From a bacterium (GTDB lineage Bacteria > Zhuqueibacterota > Zhuqueibacteria > Residuimicrobiales > Krinioviventaceae): a stretch of DNA of 64,000 bases. Of this stretch, positions 1-10,342 are shown piece after piece. Under the pieces are notes generated by a model. It did no database searches. It was not told where the DNA came from and saw nothing but the letters and a program-made list of their open reading frames with translations. The stretch lies in assembly GCA_963674595.2 (NCBI GenBank), contig CAXXFV010000023.1, forward strand, positions 288,001 through 352,000, given 5' to 3'. How positions within the stretch are numbered: the stretch's first letter is position 1; every line of letters starts with the position of its first letter. The position numbers and the translations under genes are program-made.

Positions 1-1854
1 TCTTCCTATGTTCGTTTACCGATTTTGTCGGAGGATGATGAAAAAAGTATTGTTAATCTTTATTTTGCCGACAAAACATCCTGGGACACCCGTCAAATTG
101 AAATTTTTGAATCCATACGAAAAAGTTTGCAAGAATTATCAAAACGATATACGGCGCTTTCGGAATTATCTTCCTATCAAAATCAAATTCAGGCAGTCAA
201 ACAGTTTTTAAGCAGTACTTCCAGTGGCGGGAATATTAAAGATATTGTATTGAATTCAGCAGATACCCTGAACCAATTTGTTGAATTTGATTGTCTGGTT
301 GTGACGGTATTTGACAATAAACAAATCCCGGCAAGTTATGAATTATGCCAGAAATCTGTTTCACTCCATTTGGATCGTTCTTATCAACGTAAGGCCATTG
401 AAAAGTCGCTGTTTGGTTGGGTACAAACTGAACCAAATATGGAAAACGAATCATCTGAGAATGGTGTTTCGGATATCCGGCCGAAAAGTTTGTTATACAA
501 AATGCCGGTCAATAAAACATTTCTATTAATGCAAAATGAACGTTTTTTAGGTAGTTTGTCCCTTGGTCGTGTTGAAGAAAATTCTTTTTCCGTAAATGAT
601 ATAAAAACAGTCGAATATTTTTGTGTTCATTTGGCACAGTTCCTAGACAAATCAAAAGAGCACCCTCACGGAAAAAAGTTTGTAGAAATTGATACGTTGA
701 CTCGTTTACTTGAAAAAACCGCTCAAAGTGAAAATTTGGATGATGTCTTGAAGCAAATTCAATCAGGTTTTGCGGGATTGATGGATGCAGACTTTGACCA
801 TATCGTTACTCTTACGGACCAAAAACTCCGTTTAAAACAATTAAACTGGCTATCGGAACCGTTACGTGAGGCTATATCTGAAAAAGAGATAAAAATATTG
901 TCCGACTTTATGCTGACAAGCCATACCCCTGTTTATTTTCCGGATATTAGCTTTTTTAAAGACAAAATCGGTAAACCGGAATTAAACATTAAACCCGAAT
1001 TGTTTTCTCCGTTTATTATAGCCCCTGTTTTTTTCAGCGACATTGCCCGATATTATCTTGTTGCCGGCTGGCAGCATTCCCCTGATGATAATATTGATTT
1101 AAACCTGGTGCAGGGATTTGTTCGGTTCGTTGAAAAACTCCTTTTAAATAAAAATCTTTATACAGGCATTCAGGAACAAAATGAACAGCTTGAACAGTTT
1201 GTTTATACTGTTTCTCATGATTTGAAAACACCCATTCAGACGATTAAAAGTTTTTCCGAATTGCTCAAGGAAGAATTGGGAGACGAGATATCAAATGACG
1301 CTCAAAAATATCTTGAGCGTATGAATGCCAACCTGGACCAAATGAACCGGTTGATTCTTGATTTGCTGGAATTTTCCCGGATTGGCCGGGTGGACTCCAA
1401 TTTTGAACCTGTTGATATAAATGAAATTGTTGACCAGGTCGTTCAGAGTTTTTCTGTTTTATTGGATAAAAATAATATAGAACTTGAAATTTTAAAAAAA
1501 CTTCCAGAAATTACCGCTGTCTCTACAGGTATTTATCAGGTTTTTTCCAATTTAATATCAAACGCGTTAAAGTTTTCGAAAAGTGCAAATAAACCCAAAA
1601 TTACCATAGATTATTCGGAAATTCCGGGATTTTACGAGTTTAGTGTTGCTGATAACGGTTGTGGGGTCCCAAAAGAATTAAGCACAAAGGTTTTTGAACT
1701 GTTCCGTACTCAAAATGGAGACATGAATCAGGAAGGTACAGGCGTGGGATTAGCAATTGTAAAAAAAATTATAGAGCTTCATAATGGTAAGGTTTGGGTA
1801 GAAGAAAGGTCCGGGGGAGGGGCAGACTTTCGGTTTACGATTCAAAAAAAATAG
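1..1854 (+). CDS. GAF-containing sensor histidine kinase (5'-truncated by window edge)
   Basis: Frame open from base 1; H-box FVYTVSHDLKTP, N-box NLISNALKF, G1 DNGCG, G2 GTGVGLAIVKKI. Confidence 0.85.
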   Translation, partial: SSYVRLPILSEDDEKSIVNLYFADKTSWDTRQIEIFESIRKSLQELSKRYTALSELSSYQNQIQAVKQFLSSTSSGGNIKDIVLNSADTLNQFVEFDCLVVTVFDNKQIPASYELCQKSVSLHLDRSYQRKAIEKSLFGWVQTEPNMENESSENGVSDIRPKSLLYKMPVNKTFLLMQNERFLGSLSLGRVEENSFSVNDIKTVEYFCVHLAQFLDKSKEHPHGKKFVEIDTLTRLLEKTAQSENLDDVLKQIQSGFAGLMDADFDHIVTLTDQKLRLKQLNWLSEPLREAISEKEIKILSDFMLTSHTPVYFPDISFFKDKIGKPELNIKPELFSPFIIAPVFFSDIARYYLVAGWQHSPDDNIDLNLVQGFVRFVEKLLLNKNLYTGIQEQNEQLEQFVYTVSHDLKTPIQTIKSFSELLKEELGDEISNDAQKYLERMNANLDQMNRLILDLLEFSRIGRVDSNFEPVDINEIVDQVVQSFSVLLDKNNIELEILKKLPEITAVSTGIYQVFSNLISNALKFSKSANKPKITIDYSEIPGFYEFSVADNGCGVPKELSTKVFELFRTQNGDMNQEGTGVGLAIVKKIIELHNGKVWVEERSGGGADFRFTIQKK

Positions 1855-1910
1855 AATAAAAATCCTCATTTTACATTTCTTTATATTCAATTTATGTGGT
1901 TGACTAATTT

Positions 1911-3743
1911 ATGAGTGAAAAAAACAAGGTTCTTATTATAGAAGATCATTTCGAGCAAGCTCGATTAATGGAAGTGTTGTTACTTCGTCATAGCAGTAAT
2001 TTTTCCGTGCATATTGTTGCAGATGCGGAAACCGGTCTGAAAAGACTTGAAGAAGAAAAATTTGATATAGTAGTGTTGGATTATAATCTTCCAAATTTAA
2101 ATGGTTTGGAAACTTTGAAAATTATTAAAAAACGCCAACTTTCCGTGCCGATCATTATGGTTACGGGACAAGGTGACGAACGGATTGCTGTTGAAGCCAT
2201 GCGGCAAGGCGCTCATGATTATATTGTAAAATCACCTGATCACATGGACCTTTTACCGCGTGTATTGACTCGGGCCGTTGAAGAACAACGTTTGTCGTCA
2301 CGGTTGGAACAGAGTGAAAAACGTTACTTTGCCCTGTTTGAAACAGCCAGTATTGCCATTTTTATAGCCAACGCTGAAAATTTTCAACTATTGCAAATTA
2401 ATAAAATGGCCGAACATCTTTTACAATCACTGGAAAAAGATTTAGTAAATAAAAATTTTATTGAATTATGTTCCGCAAAATCACAAAAAATCGTTGCAGA
2501 TGCCTTGTCCCATATAAGCGAAAAGAAACAGATCAACCTGGATAATCTTTATCTGGTTCGTTCAGACAACCGAATTATCCCGGTAGATTTAAATGGAAGT
2601 ATAGTAAAAATCGGCGATAACCATGTGATCCAGCTTTTTGTTCGGGATATTAGTGAAAAAGTTAAAATGCAGCGCCAGCTTTTGCTGAGCCGCCAGCGTT
2701 TGATTTCTTTGTTTGATGGAATTACCGATTTAATTTCGGTCCAGGACCACGAATATAATTTGGTAATGGGAAATAAAAAATATTCACAGGTAACTCGTCA
2801 ACATAATGAGCAACTGGTCGGAAACAAGTGTTACAAATCTCTTTTCGGCAGGGAGCAACCCTGTGAAAATTGTCCGGCATTTGCAACCTATAAAACCGGG
2901 CAATCCCATTCTATTGAAATTTTTCACAAAGGGAGAACATATCTAATCTGGACATTTCCCATGGCCGGTCTTGATGGTAAACCTGATTTTATTGTCGAAT
3001 ATACCAAAGATGTTACGGAACAAAAGGAAATTGAAAAACAACTGATAAAATCGGAAAAATTGGCTTCCGTAGGATTGCTCTCTTCGGGAATCGCCCATGA
3101 ACTGCGAAATCCTTTAAATATTATCGAAACCGCCCGGTACTCGATTGGTATGGAATTGACTGAACAGAATGAAAATGTTGATAACAAGCTGGAAATGATC
3201 AAAAAAAATGTACGGCGGGCAGCGTTTATTATTGATAATTTGTTACAGTTTTCCCGGCATTCTGAATTCGAGCGGGAAAAGGTGGATATTGAAAAACTAA
3301 TCGATACTACCATATCATTGGTTAAAAAGGAAATCAGCCAAAGACACATTGAATGTGTTTTAAATTTTAAAAATGTACCCAAAGTATATTTTAGTATCGA
3401 TTCATTAAAACAGGTATTTTTAAATATTATTATGAATGCTTTCCAGGCCATGCCGGAAGGCGGTACGCTGGAGATAAGTTCAAAATTGTCTAATGACGGA
3501 AACTGGGTGTTGGCCAGTTTTGTGGATAGCGGCGTAGGAATTTCAGAAGAGAATATGAAACATATTTTCACCCCGTTTTTTACTACAAAACGTACAAAAG
3601 GCGGGACCGGATTGGGATTGTATCTGTCCTATTCTGTCCTAAAAAGAGAAGGCGGCGATTTGATCGTAAAAAGTGATGAAAAATACGGCAGCAATTTTAC
3701 CGTTAAATTACCTATTGCAAAACCTGGTGACAAACCTGTCTAA
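1911..3743 (+). CDS. Hybrid REC-PAS-PAS-histidine kinase
   Basis: N-terminal receiver (IIEDH, LDYNLP, MVTGQG, YIVK); H-box SGIAHELRNPL; G2 GTGLGL. Confidence 0.9.
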   Translation: MSEKNKVLIIEDHFEQARLMEVLLLRHSSNFSVHIVADAETGLKRLEEEKFDIVVLDYNLPNLNGLETLKIIKKRQLSVPIIMVTGQGDERIAVEAMRQGAHDYIVKSPDHMDLLPRVLTRAVEEQRLSSRLEQSEKRYFALFETASIAIFIANAENFQLLQINKMAEHLLQSLEKDLVNKNFIELCSAKSQKIVADALSHISEKKQINLDNLYLVRSDNRIIPVDLNGSIVKIGDNHVIQLFVRDISEKVKMQRQLLLSRQRLISLFDGITDLISVQDHEYNLVMGNKKYSQVTRQHNEQLVGNKCYKSLFGREQPCENCPAFATYKTGQSHSIEIFHKGRTYLIWTFPMAGLDGKPDFIVEYTKDVTEQKEIEKQLIKSEKLASVGLLSSGIAHELRNPLNIIETARYSIGMELTEQNENVDNKLEMIKKNVRRAAFIIDNLLQFSRHSEFEREKVDIEKLIDTTISLVKKEISQRHIECVLNFKNVPKVYFSIDSLKQVFLNIIMNAFQAMPEGGTLEISSKLSNDGNWVLASFVDSGVGISEENMKHIFTPFFTTKRTKGGTGLGLYLSYSVLKREGGDLIVKSDEKYGSNFTVKLPIAKPGDKPV

Positions 3744-3786
3744 ACGAAAATTATTTATTAATTTATAATCGTCATGGACAATGATA

Positions 3787-3815
3787 TTGACAATAAAATA
3801 ATAAATCGTTAAATT
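3787..3815 (+). promoter_or_regulatory. Putative sigma70 promoter
   Basis: TTGACA-17 nt-TAAATT upstream of the prenyltransferase gene. Confidence 0.5.
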
Positions 3816-3875
3816 ATAAATCATAAATTTCGTTATAGTTAGCAGGTTTTTATATGTACCAGAAAAGGATGATGC

Positions 3876-4850
3876 GTGGAAATAAACGACGTTTTTTTAC
3901 CGGTTAGAGACCATCTTGATGAATTTGAAAAGGCCTTTTCGGACCTGCTTCATTCCAATATACCCCTTGTTGATCAAATTGTTCGATATATTGCCACAAA
4001 AAGAGGAAAACGTCTTCGACCTTTACTCGTTTTGCTTTCTGCGCGGCTGCACGGACAAATAACCAAAAAGACGCTTCAGGCCGGAATGGTTGTTGAAATG
4101 CTGCATACGGCAACCCTGGTTCATGATGATGTTGTTGACGAATCCGAATTACGGCGGGGTTCACCAACCGTTAACAACATGTGGGACAATAAAATATCCA
4201 TTTTAATCGGTGATTTTCTTTTTTCAAAAACCCTTTCCAGTGTTCTGGATATGCGTGATTATGATGCTCTTTCTATTCTGGCGGAAACGGCAAAAGAAAT
4301 TACCGAAGGTGAGTTGCTGCAAATTGAACGCGGTAATGACATAAACATGGGTAAAGATATATATTTTGATCTGGTTTCCAAAAAAACAGCTTCTTTAATC
4401 AGCGCTTCCTGCGAACTTGGTGCGCTTTCTGTTAACGGAAGCAAAGAGGACCTGAAGCGGATGCATGATTTTGGAATGAATTTGGGAATTGCTTTTCAAA
4501 TACAGGATGACCTGCTGGACTATATCGGTGATTCTTCCGTGTTGGGCAAACCAACCGGAAACGATATTAGGGAAAATAAAGTCACTCTGCCGCTGATTCT
4601 TTCGCTGCCGTCTTCTGATGAGGAGGAACAAAATCGTATATTATCCATGTTTGAACAGGGAATTGAAAACGATAGCCAGGTCGCAGATGTTATTCGTTTT
4701 GTCGGTAACAACGGTGGTGTTGAAAAATCACGAGAAATTGCAAACCAATATATGGACAAAGCGATTGGAATATTGTCCGAATATCCGGATTCTGACAAAT
4801 TGAATGATTTGAAAAATCTTGTGCAATATTTAATACGTCGAGAAAAATAA
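3876..4850 (+). CDS. ispB: Polyprenyl (octaprenyl/heptaprenyl) diphosphate synthase
   Basis: GKRLRP, FARM LVHDDVVD..RRG, KTA, SARM FQIQDDLLD, GKP..ND. Confidence 0.85.
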   Translation: MEINDVFLPVRDHLDEFEKAFSDLLHSNIPLVDQIVRYIATKRGKRLRPLLVLLSARLHGQITKKTLQAGMVVEMLHTATLVHDDVVDESELRRGSPTVNNMWDNKISILIGDFLFSKTLSSVLDMRDYDALSILAETAKEITEGELLQIERGNDINMGKDIYFDLVSKKTASLISASCELGALSVNGSKEDLKRMHDFGMNLGIAFQIQDDLLDYIGDSSVLGKPTGNDIRENKVTLPLILSLPSSDEEEQNRILSMFEQGIENDSQVADVIRFVGNNGGVEKSREIANQYMDKAIGILSEYPDSDKLNDLKNLVQYLIRREK

Positions 4851-4897
4851 AAAACGATTGCTTGTGTCATTCCTGAAACCAACTTCCAATTGAAAAT

Positions 4898-5932
4898 TTG
4901 AAAGAATTGCATAAAATACTCGTCATCCGCTTTAGTTCTATTGGTGATATTTTATTATCATTTCCGCTTTTACGAATATTAAAAAAGCGTTTTCCAAATG
5001 CATCTGTTGATTTTGTGACAAAGTTACAATACAAAGAGCTTTTGGCGACAAATCCTCACCTGAATCATATTTACTATCTCCCAACTCACAGCAAATTTTC
5101 TGATTTGAAACAATTGCGAAAAGAAATCTCTAACCAGAAATACGACCTGATTGTTGATATTCATAAAAATTTCCGCAGTTTTTATTTACGTGCCTTTTCT
5201 TTTGCTCAAGTAGTAAAATACCATAAATATCGTATTCAGCGATTTTTTTTGATTCAATTTAAATTCAATTTTTATCAAAAATATACTCCCGTATATAAAA
5301 GATATATTGACAGTGTTAAAAGTTTTCAGATAGAGGATGACAAAGAGGGCCTCGAGTTCTTTTTAAATGATAAAGGATGTGAACATGTCAGACAAAAATT
5401 ATCTGCCAAAGGTCTCCAACAAGATGGGTTGATTGTTGCTGTTGCTGCCGGGGCCAGTTTTCCAACGAAACGATGGCTTCCGGAATATTTTGCCCGGGTT
5501 ATCCAGAGTATCAGCCATTCAACGCCGGTGCAGTTTGTTTTGTTTGGTGATAAAAATGACCGAAAAAATACGGATTACATTGAATCCCTGGTTGAATTTC
5601 CAGTGATTAATATTGCCGGTGAATTTGGACTGATGGAAACGGCCTGTGCCCTTTCATTTGCAGATCTAGTTCTTACCAATGACACCGGGCTTTTGCATCT
5701 ATCCATGGCCCTGAAAAAGAAAACTGTCGCTATATTCGGGCCCACAACCCGTGAATTGGGATTTTACCCTGTTGGAGAAAATGTTCGGGTGCTTGAGAAT
5801 AATGCCCTCGACTGCCGGCCATGCACCCATATCGGTACCAATAAATGTCCCAAAAAGCATTTTAAATGTATGACAGAAATTACACCGGACGTTGTTATCG
5901 GTGTTTTACAGGATATATTGAACCGTGTTTAA
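4898..5932 (+). CDS. GT9 LPS heptosyltransferase (RfaF/WaaF-like)
   Basis: ILVIRFSSIGD, TKRW, TNDTGLLHL, IFGPT, C-terminal CRPC..C..C. Confidence 0.85.
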   Translation: MKELHKILVIRFSSIGDILLSFPLLRILKKRFPNASVDFVTKLQYKELLATNPHLNHIYYLPTHSKFSDLKQLRKEISNQKYDLIVDIHKNFRSFYLRAFSFAQVVKYHKYRIQRFFLIQFKFNFYQKYTPVYKRYIDSVKSFQIEDDKEGLEFFLNDKGCEHVRQKLSAKGLQQDGLIVAVAAGASFPTKRWLPEYFARVIQSISHSTPVQFVLFGDKNDRKNTDYIESLVEFPVINIAGEFGLMETACALSFADLVLTNDTGLLHLSMALKKKTVAIFGPTTRELGFYPVGENVRVLENNALDCRPCTHIGTNKCPKKHFKCMTEITPDVVIGVLQDILNRV

Positions 5933-6017
5933 GCCGCCTATCTTTATCTTGTATATAATAATAAGGTTTAGTATATTTTAGTTTTGATTAAAATATAACA
6001 TAAGAAGGATAAAATAC

Positions 6018-6377
6018 GTGCAGGGAAAAGAGTTAGCTCAACAAATTGCCCAACTTGTTTTGGATAAAAAAGGTTATGATGTCAAGATTTTGGATTTACG
6101 AAAACTGACAACCATGACCGATTATTTTGTTATATGTTCCGCCGATAGTGATGTTCAAATAAAAGCGATGGTGGAGCATATAAAGGATGAACTCATTTAT
6201 CAGTCTGTCAAACCCTGGCATACGGAAGGCGAACAGTCTTTAAACTGGGTGCTGATGGATTTTGTTGATGTTGTTGTTCACATTTTTATGCCGGATACAC
6301 GTGATTTTTATGAATTGGAGCGTCTGTGGGGAGATGCGGTTATGACGGAAGTTAAGGATGATAATGAAACCACATGA
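6018..6377 (+). CDS. rsfS: Ribosome silencing factor
   Basis: DKKG..I.DL, DYFVICS, WVLMDFVDVVVHIF, RDFYELERLW. Confidence 0.95.
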   Translation: MQGKELAQQIAQLVLDKKGYDVKILDLRKLTTMTDYFVICSADSDVQIKAMVEHIKDELIYQSVKPWHTEGEQSLNWVLMDFVDVVVHIFMPDTRDFYELERLWGDAVMTEVKDDNETT

Positions 6378-8016
6378 TTATATACAGAATTGCATACGCC
6401 AGGCACTGGTAAAATTAAATATTGAACTTGATGATGAAAAAATGCTGAGTTTAGAAAAACCCAAACAAAGTGATTTTGGCGATATTGCCACACCGATTGC
6501 CATGAACCTGGCTCGTGTTGTTCGTCAGGCACCGCGAAAAATTGCTGAAAGTTTGATCGAAAATTTTGATATTGATACATATTATATTGAAAAAGTAGAA
6601 ATAGCCGGCCCGGGATTTTTAAATTTTTATTTGTCCAAATCCTGTTTACAGGATTCCATTCTTGACATTTTGCAGCAGGGTGAAAATTACGGTAAAGGTC
6701 AACAGGATAATCCGCAAAAAATCCAGTTCGAGTTTGTCAGTGCCAATCCAACCGGTCCGTTGAATATTGTCAGCGCCAGGGCGGCAGCCGTTGGTGATGT
6801 ATTATCTTCGCTTTGCACCCAGGCCGGTCACTCTGTGCACCGGGAATTTTATGTTAACGACGCAGGCCGACAGGTCCGGTTACTCGGCAAATCCCTGAGT
6901 GCTCGTTATCTGACCGCATGCGGCATGCCGCAAGATGTACCGGAAGACGGATATCACGGCGAATATTTAATTGATTTGGCCAAATCGATTTTTGATAAAG
7001 ATGGAAATAAATATTGTGATTTGGACGCCGAATCACGAGAGCAGGCATTAAGCCGGATTGCATTGGATTATATGACCGGCCGCCAAAAAGAAAGCATGAA
7101 AAAATATCGCCTGGAATATGATAACTGGTTCAGCGAAAGCACCCTTCGGGAAGAGAACGCGCACGAACGGGTCCTGCTAAAACTGGAACAGGGTGGATAT
7201 ACCTATTCTCAGGATGGTGCGCTTTGGTTCAAATCGAGTGATTTTGGTGATGAAAAAGACCGTGTTCTGATTACCAGCGAAGGCGAGCCCACCTATTTTT
7301 TAATTGATATTGCCTATCATGAAACCAAATATGAACGAGGTTTTGAAAAATTATATGACCTGTGGGGACCGGACCATCACGGATATATTCCCCGTATGAA
7401 AGCGGCCCTTCAGGCATTAGGGCATCCGGAAGACAGTTTTCAAGTCCATATAATTCAGCAGGTGAATCTGTTAAGGGACGGCCAACCTGTTAAAATGTCC
7501 AAAAGAGCGGGCAAGATTATAGAAATGGACGAGTTGATTGAAGAAGTCGGCGTTGATGCCGCGCGTTACTTTTTTGTTGACCGCCGCATGTCGCAGCCGC
7601 TGGATTTTGATATCGAATTGGCTAAAAAACAATCCGATGAAAATCCGGTTTACTATGTACAATATGCCCATGCCCGAATCAGCAATGTTATAAGATTTGC
7701 TCAGGAAAGCGGTGTGGATATTCCTGAAAAAGCTGATGTAACACTTTTGGAAAATGAACGTGAATTTGAATTGATTAAAAAGCTGTTGGACTTGCCGGAA
7801 CTGATTTCCAAAGCAGCTTTCTTTTTGGAACCGCACCGGGTTACAAACTATCTGCATGAAACAGCAACAATTTTTCATCGCTTTTATCATGACAACCGTG
7901 TTGTTACGGAAGATAAAGAATTGACCCATGCCCGGTTGTTATTATGTAAAGCCACGAAACAAGTTCTTGCAAATGGATTGAAAATATTGGGCGTATCTGC
8001 GCCGGAAAATATGTAA
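6364..8016 (+). CDS. argS: Arginine--tRNA ligase
   Basis: EFVSANPTGPLN, YVNDAGRQ, WGPDHHGY, KMSKRAG, YVQYAHAR; start moved to ATG 6364 behind AAGGA. Confidence 0.95.
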   Translation: MKPHDYIQNCIRQALVKLNIELDDEKMLSLEKPKQSDFGDIATPIAMNLARVVRQAPRKIAESLIENFDIDTYYIEKVEIAGPGFLNFYLSKSCLQDSILDILQQGENYGKGQQDNPQKIQFEFVSANPTGPLNIVSARAAAVGDVLSSLCTQAGHSVHREFYVNDAGRQVRLLGKSLSARYLTACGMPQDVPEDGYHGEYLIDLAKSIFDKDGNKYCDLDAESREQALSRIALDYMTGRQKESMKKYRLEYDNWFSESTLREENAHERVLLKLEQGGYTYSQDGALWFKSSDFGDEKDRVLITSEGEPTYFLIDIAYHETKYERGFEKLYDLWGPDHHGYIPRMKAALQALGHPEDSFQVHIIQQVNLLRDGQPVKMSKRAGKIIEMDELIEEVGVDAARYFFVDRRMSQPLDFDIELAKKQSDENPVYYVQYAHARISNVIRFAQESGVDIPEKADVTLLENEREFELIKKLLDLPELISKAAFFLEPHRVTNYLHETATIFHRFYHDNRVVTEDKELTHARLLLCKATKQVLANGLKILGVSAPENM

Positions 8017-8043
8017 TAATTTAAGAAAAAGGATATCGATATT

Positions 8044-8964
8044 ATGAGTTTGCTAGTTGTCGGTTCGGTTGCCTATGATTCTGTAGAAACACCCTTTGAT
8101 CAGGTTGATGACGCTTTGGGTGGTTCCGCTACTTTTTTTTCAGCAGCCGCAAGTTATTTTGTTCCTGTAAATTTGGTTGCCGTGGTCGGAGAAGATTTTA
8201 ATCAGGATGATATTGCCTTTCTTAAAAAACGAAACGTCAATTTTGACGGATTGACGACCGAACCGGGAGAGACCTTTCGTTGGAAAGGTAAATATCTGGA
8301 AAATATGATCGACCGGGAAACGATCTATACTCATTTGAATGTTTTTGAAAAATTTAATCCGGTTTTGCCGGATCAATATAAATCCAGTGATTATGTTTTT
8401 CTGGCCAACATAAGCCCGGACTTGCAGTTAAATGTTGTTAACCAGGTATCAAAACCAAAGTTTGTCGCCCTGGATACCATGAACTATTGGATAACCGGTA
8501 CCCCGGATGATCTTAAAAAAACGCTAGCCGTCGTTGATGCGGTTATGATAAATGATTCTGAAGTGCGGTTGTTATCGGGTGAGAGCAATCTTTTCAAAGG
8601 AGCTAAAATTGTTCAGGAAATGGGCCCGAAAACACTTATCGTAAAAAAGGGTGAGCACGGCGCTATTCTTGTTCATAATGACAGCTATTTTATGTGTCCG
8701 GCCATTCCGGTTACAAATTTATTTGATCCGACAGGCGCAGGTGATACCTTTGCCGGTGGTTTTATGGGATATTTGGCAAAATGCGGTGATATTAGTGAAA
8801 AGAGTTTAAAACAAGCCGTCATCGCAGCTACAGCCTTGGCTTCATTTTCTGTGGAAGCATTCAGTATGGACCGCCTTAAAAATTTGAGCAATGCCGAAAT
8901 TAATGATCGTATTCAGCAATTGCTGACATTAATTAAAGTGGAAGACGCCGTAAACTGGGTATAA
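8044..8964 (+). CDS. PfkB-family carbohydrate/nucleoside kinase
   Basis: LGGSA, INDSE, KKGEHG, DPTGAGDTFAGG. Confidence 0.9.
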   Translation: MSLLVVGSVAYDSVETPFDQVDDALGGSATFFSAAASYFVPVNLVAVVGEDFNQDDIAFLKKRNVNFDGLTTEPGETFRWKGKYLENMIDRETIYTHLNVFEKFNPVLPDQYKSSDYVFLANISPDLQLNVVNQVSKPKFVALDTMNYWITGTPDDLKKTLAVVDAVMINDSEVRLLSGESNLFKGAKIVQEMGPKTLIVKKGEHGAILVHNDSYFMCPAIPVTNLFDPTGAGDTFAGGFMGYLAKCGDISEKSLKQAVIAATALASFSVEAFSMDRLKNLSNAEINDRIQQLLTLIKVEDAVNWV

Positions 8965-8968
8965 CAAA

Positions 8969-9388
8969 ATGAAAATAGTAACGGATTTTATCGCCATTTC
9001 TACAAAGGGTGATACGGACATTATAGATATTACGGGAAATGTTGAAAACCGTTTGGAAGAATCCGGTCTTAAACAGGGGACTGTTACTTTTTTTGTCTCC
9101 GGTTCTACAGCCGGTATTACGACAATTGAATATGAACCGGGATTGTTGAATGATCTTCCCGAAACCTTTGATAAAATTGCGCCCAAAGGCGCTCGATATC
9201 ACCACGATGCGACCTGGGGCGATGGCAATGGTTACTCGCATGTGCGGGCTGCCATGTTGGGAGCTTCATTAGTAGTGCCCTTCCAAAACGGCAGAATGCT
9301 GTTGGGGACCTGGCAGCAAATTGTTGTTATCGATTTTGACAACAGGCCCCGGCAGAGAAAAATTGTCATGCAAATTAACGGAGAATGA
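8969..9388 (+). CDS. yjbQ: YjbQ/UPF0047 family protein
   Basis: GSTAGITTIEYE, NGYSH, LGTWQQI..DFD. Confidence 0.85.
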   Translation: MKIVTDFIAISTKGDTDIIDITGNVENRLEESGLKQGTVTFFVSGSTAGITTIEYEPGLLNDLPETFDKIAPKGARYHHDATWGDGNGYSHVRAAMLGASLVVPFQNGRMLLGTWQQIVVIDFDNRPRQRKIVMQINGE

Positions 9389-9410
9389 GCCCTGTCACAG
9401 CAGGGCTTTG
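9388..9410 (+). terminator. Short hairpin, possible weak terminator
   Basis: AGCCCTG-tcacag-CAGGGCT followed by only a short T run. Confidence 0.3.
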
Positions 9411-9436
9411 TACTGTAGAGTTGAAATATAGAAATA

Positions 9437-10237
9437 ATGATAGAATTTGATCACGTAACGTTTTTTTATGGTCAGGAAACATCTGAGCAGAATATGATTT
9501 TGAATAATGTTTCTCTGTCCATTCAGCCCGGGGAATTTGTGGTTATGATGGGGGCTAATGGGTCCGGCAAAACAACATTATCAAGATGTATAAACGGGCT
9601 TTTGTTGCCTGCACAAGGTGATGTAAAAGTCGACGATTTTAATACAAAAGATGAAAAAAATCTCCTGCAAATTAGACGTCTTGTCGGTATGGTTTTTCAG
9701 AATCCAGACAACCAGATTGTTTCTACTACCGTAGAACGTGAAATCGCGTTTGGATTGGAAAATTTAGGCATTTCATATGAAGAAATGCACAAAAGAGTAA
9801 ACAAGGTATTGGCTGATTTTCATTTATCGCCATATCGATCAAAATCGCCGCATTATTTATCCGGTGGCGAAAAACAGCGTTTGGCATTGGCTTCTGTTAT
9901 GGCCATGCGTCCTAAATATTTGGTTTTGGATGAGCCGACATCATTGTTGGACCCTAAAAACCGAAAAAAAATATTAGGATTTATTAAAAACTTGCATGAG
10001 CAGCAAAATGAAAAATCCGAAACCGCTATTGCAACTGTTTTGATAACGCAATTTCCTGAAGAGGCTTTAATAGCAGACAGACTTGTTGTGATGAGCCAGG
10101 GAAAAATTGTTATGGATGACAGTCCAGATAAGGTTTTTCAACAGGCAGATCAACTGGAAACTATCGGATTAGCACCTCCTGTGAGTTATTTATTAAAAGA
10201 TGTTCTGAAACGTTATAATTATTTTGATAATAGTTAA
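9437..10237 (+). CDS. ECF transporter ATPase (EcfA/CbiO-like)
   Basis: Walker A GANGSGKT, FQNPDNQ, LSGGEKQR, LDEPT. Confidence 0.85.
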   Translation: MIEFDHVTFFYGQETSEQNMILNNVSLSIQPGEFVVMMGANGSGKTTLSRCINGLLLPAQGDVKVDDFNTKDEKNLLQIRRLVGMVFQNPDNQIVSTTVEREIAFGLENLGISYEEMHKRVNKVLADFHLSPYRSKSPHYLSGGEKQRLALASVMAMRPKYLVLDEPTSLLDPKNRKKILGFIKNLHEQQNEKSETAIATVLITQFPEEALIADRLVVMSQGKIVMDDSPDKVFQQADQLETIGLAPPVSYLLKDVLKRYNYFDNS

Positions 10238-10253
10238 ATTCACCAATGAATTA

Positions 10254-10282
10254 TTGACATTGAATTTTATTTCATCTATATT
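10254..10282 (+). promoter_or_regulatory. Putative sigma70 promoter
   Basis: TTGACA-17 nt-TATATT. Confidence 0.55.
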
Positions 10283-10342
10283 ATCTCATCCGGTTCCCGC
10301 ATCCTCTGCTATTGCATCCAAAACTAAAATTTTTAATAGATT

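Noticed and set aside
2924-3571. 215-aa antisense ORF
   Set aside because: Lies wholly opposite the conserved kinase domain; typical shadow frame.
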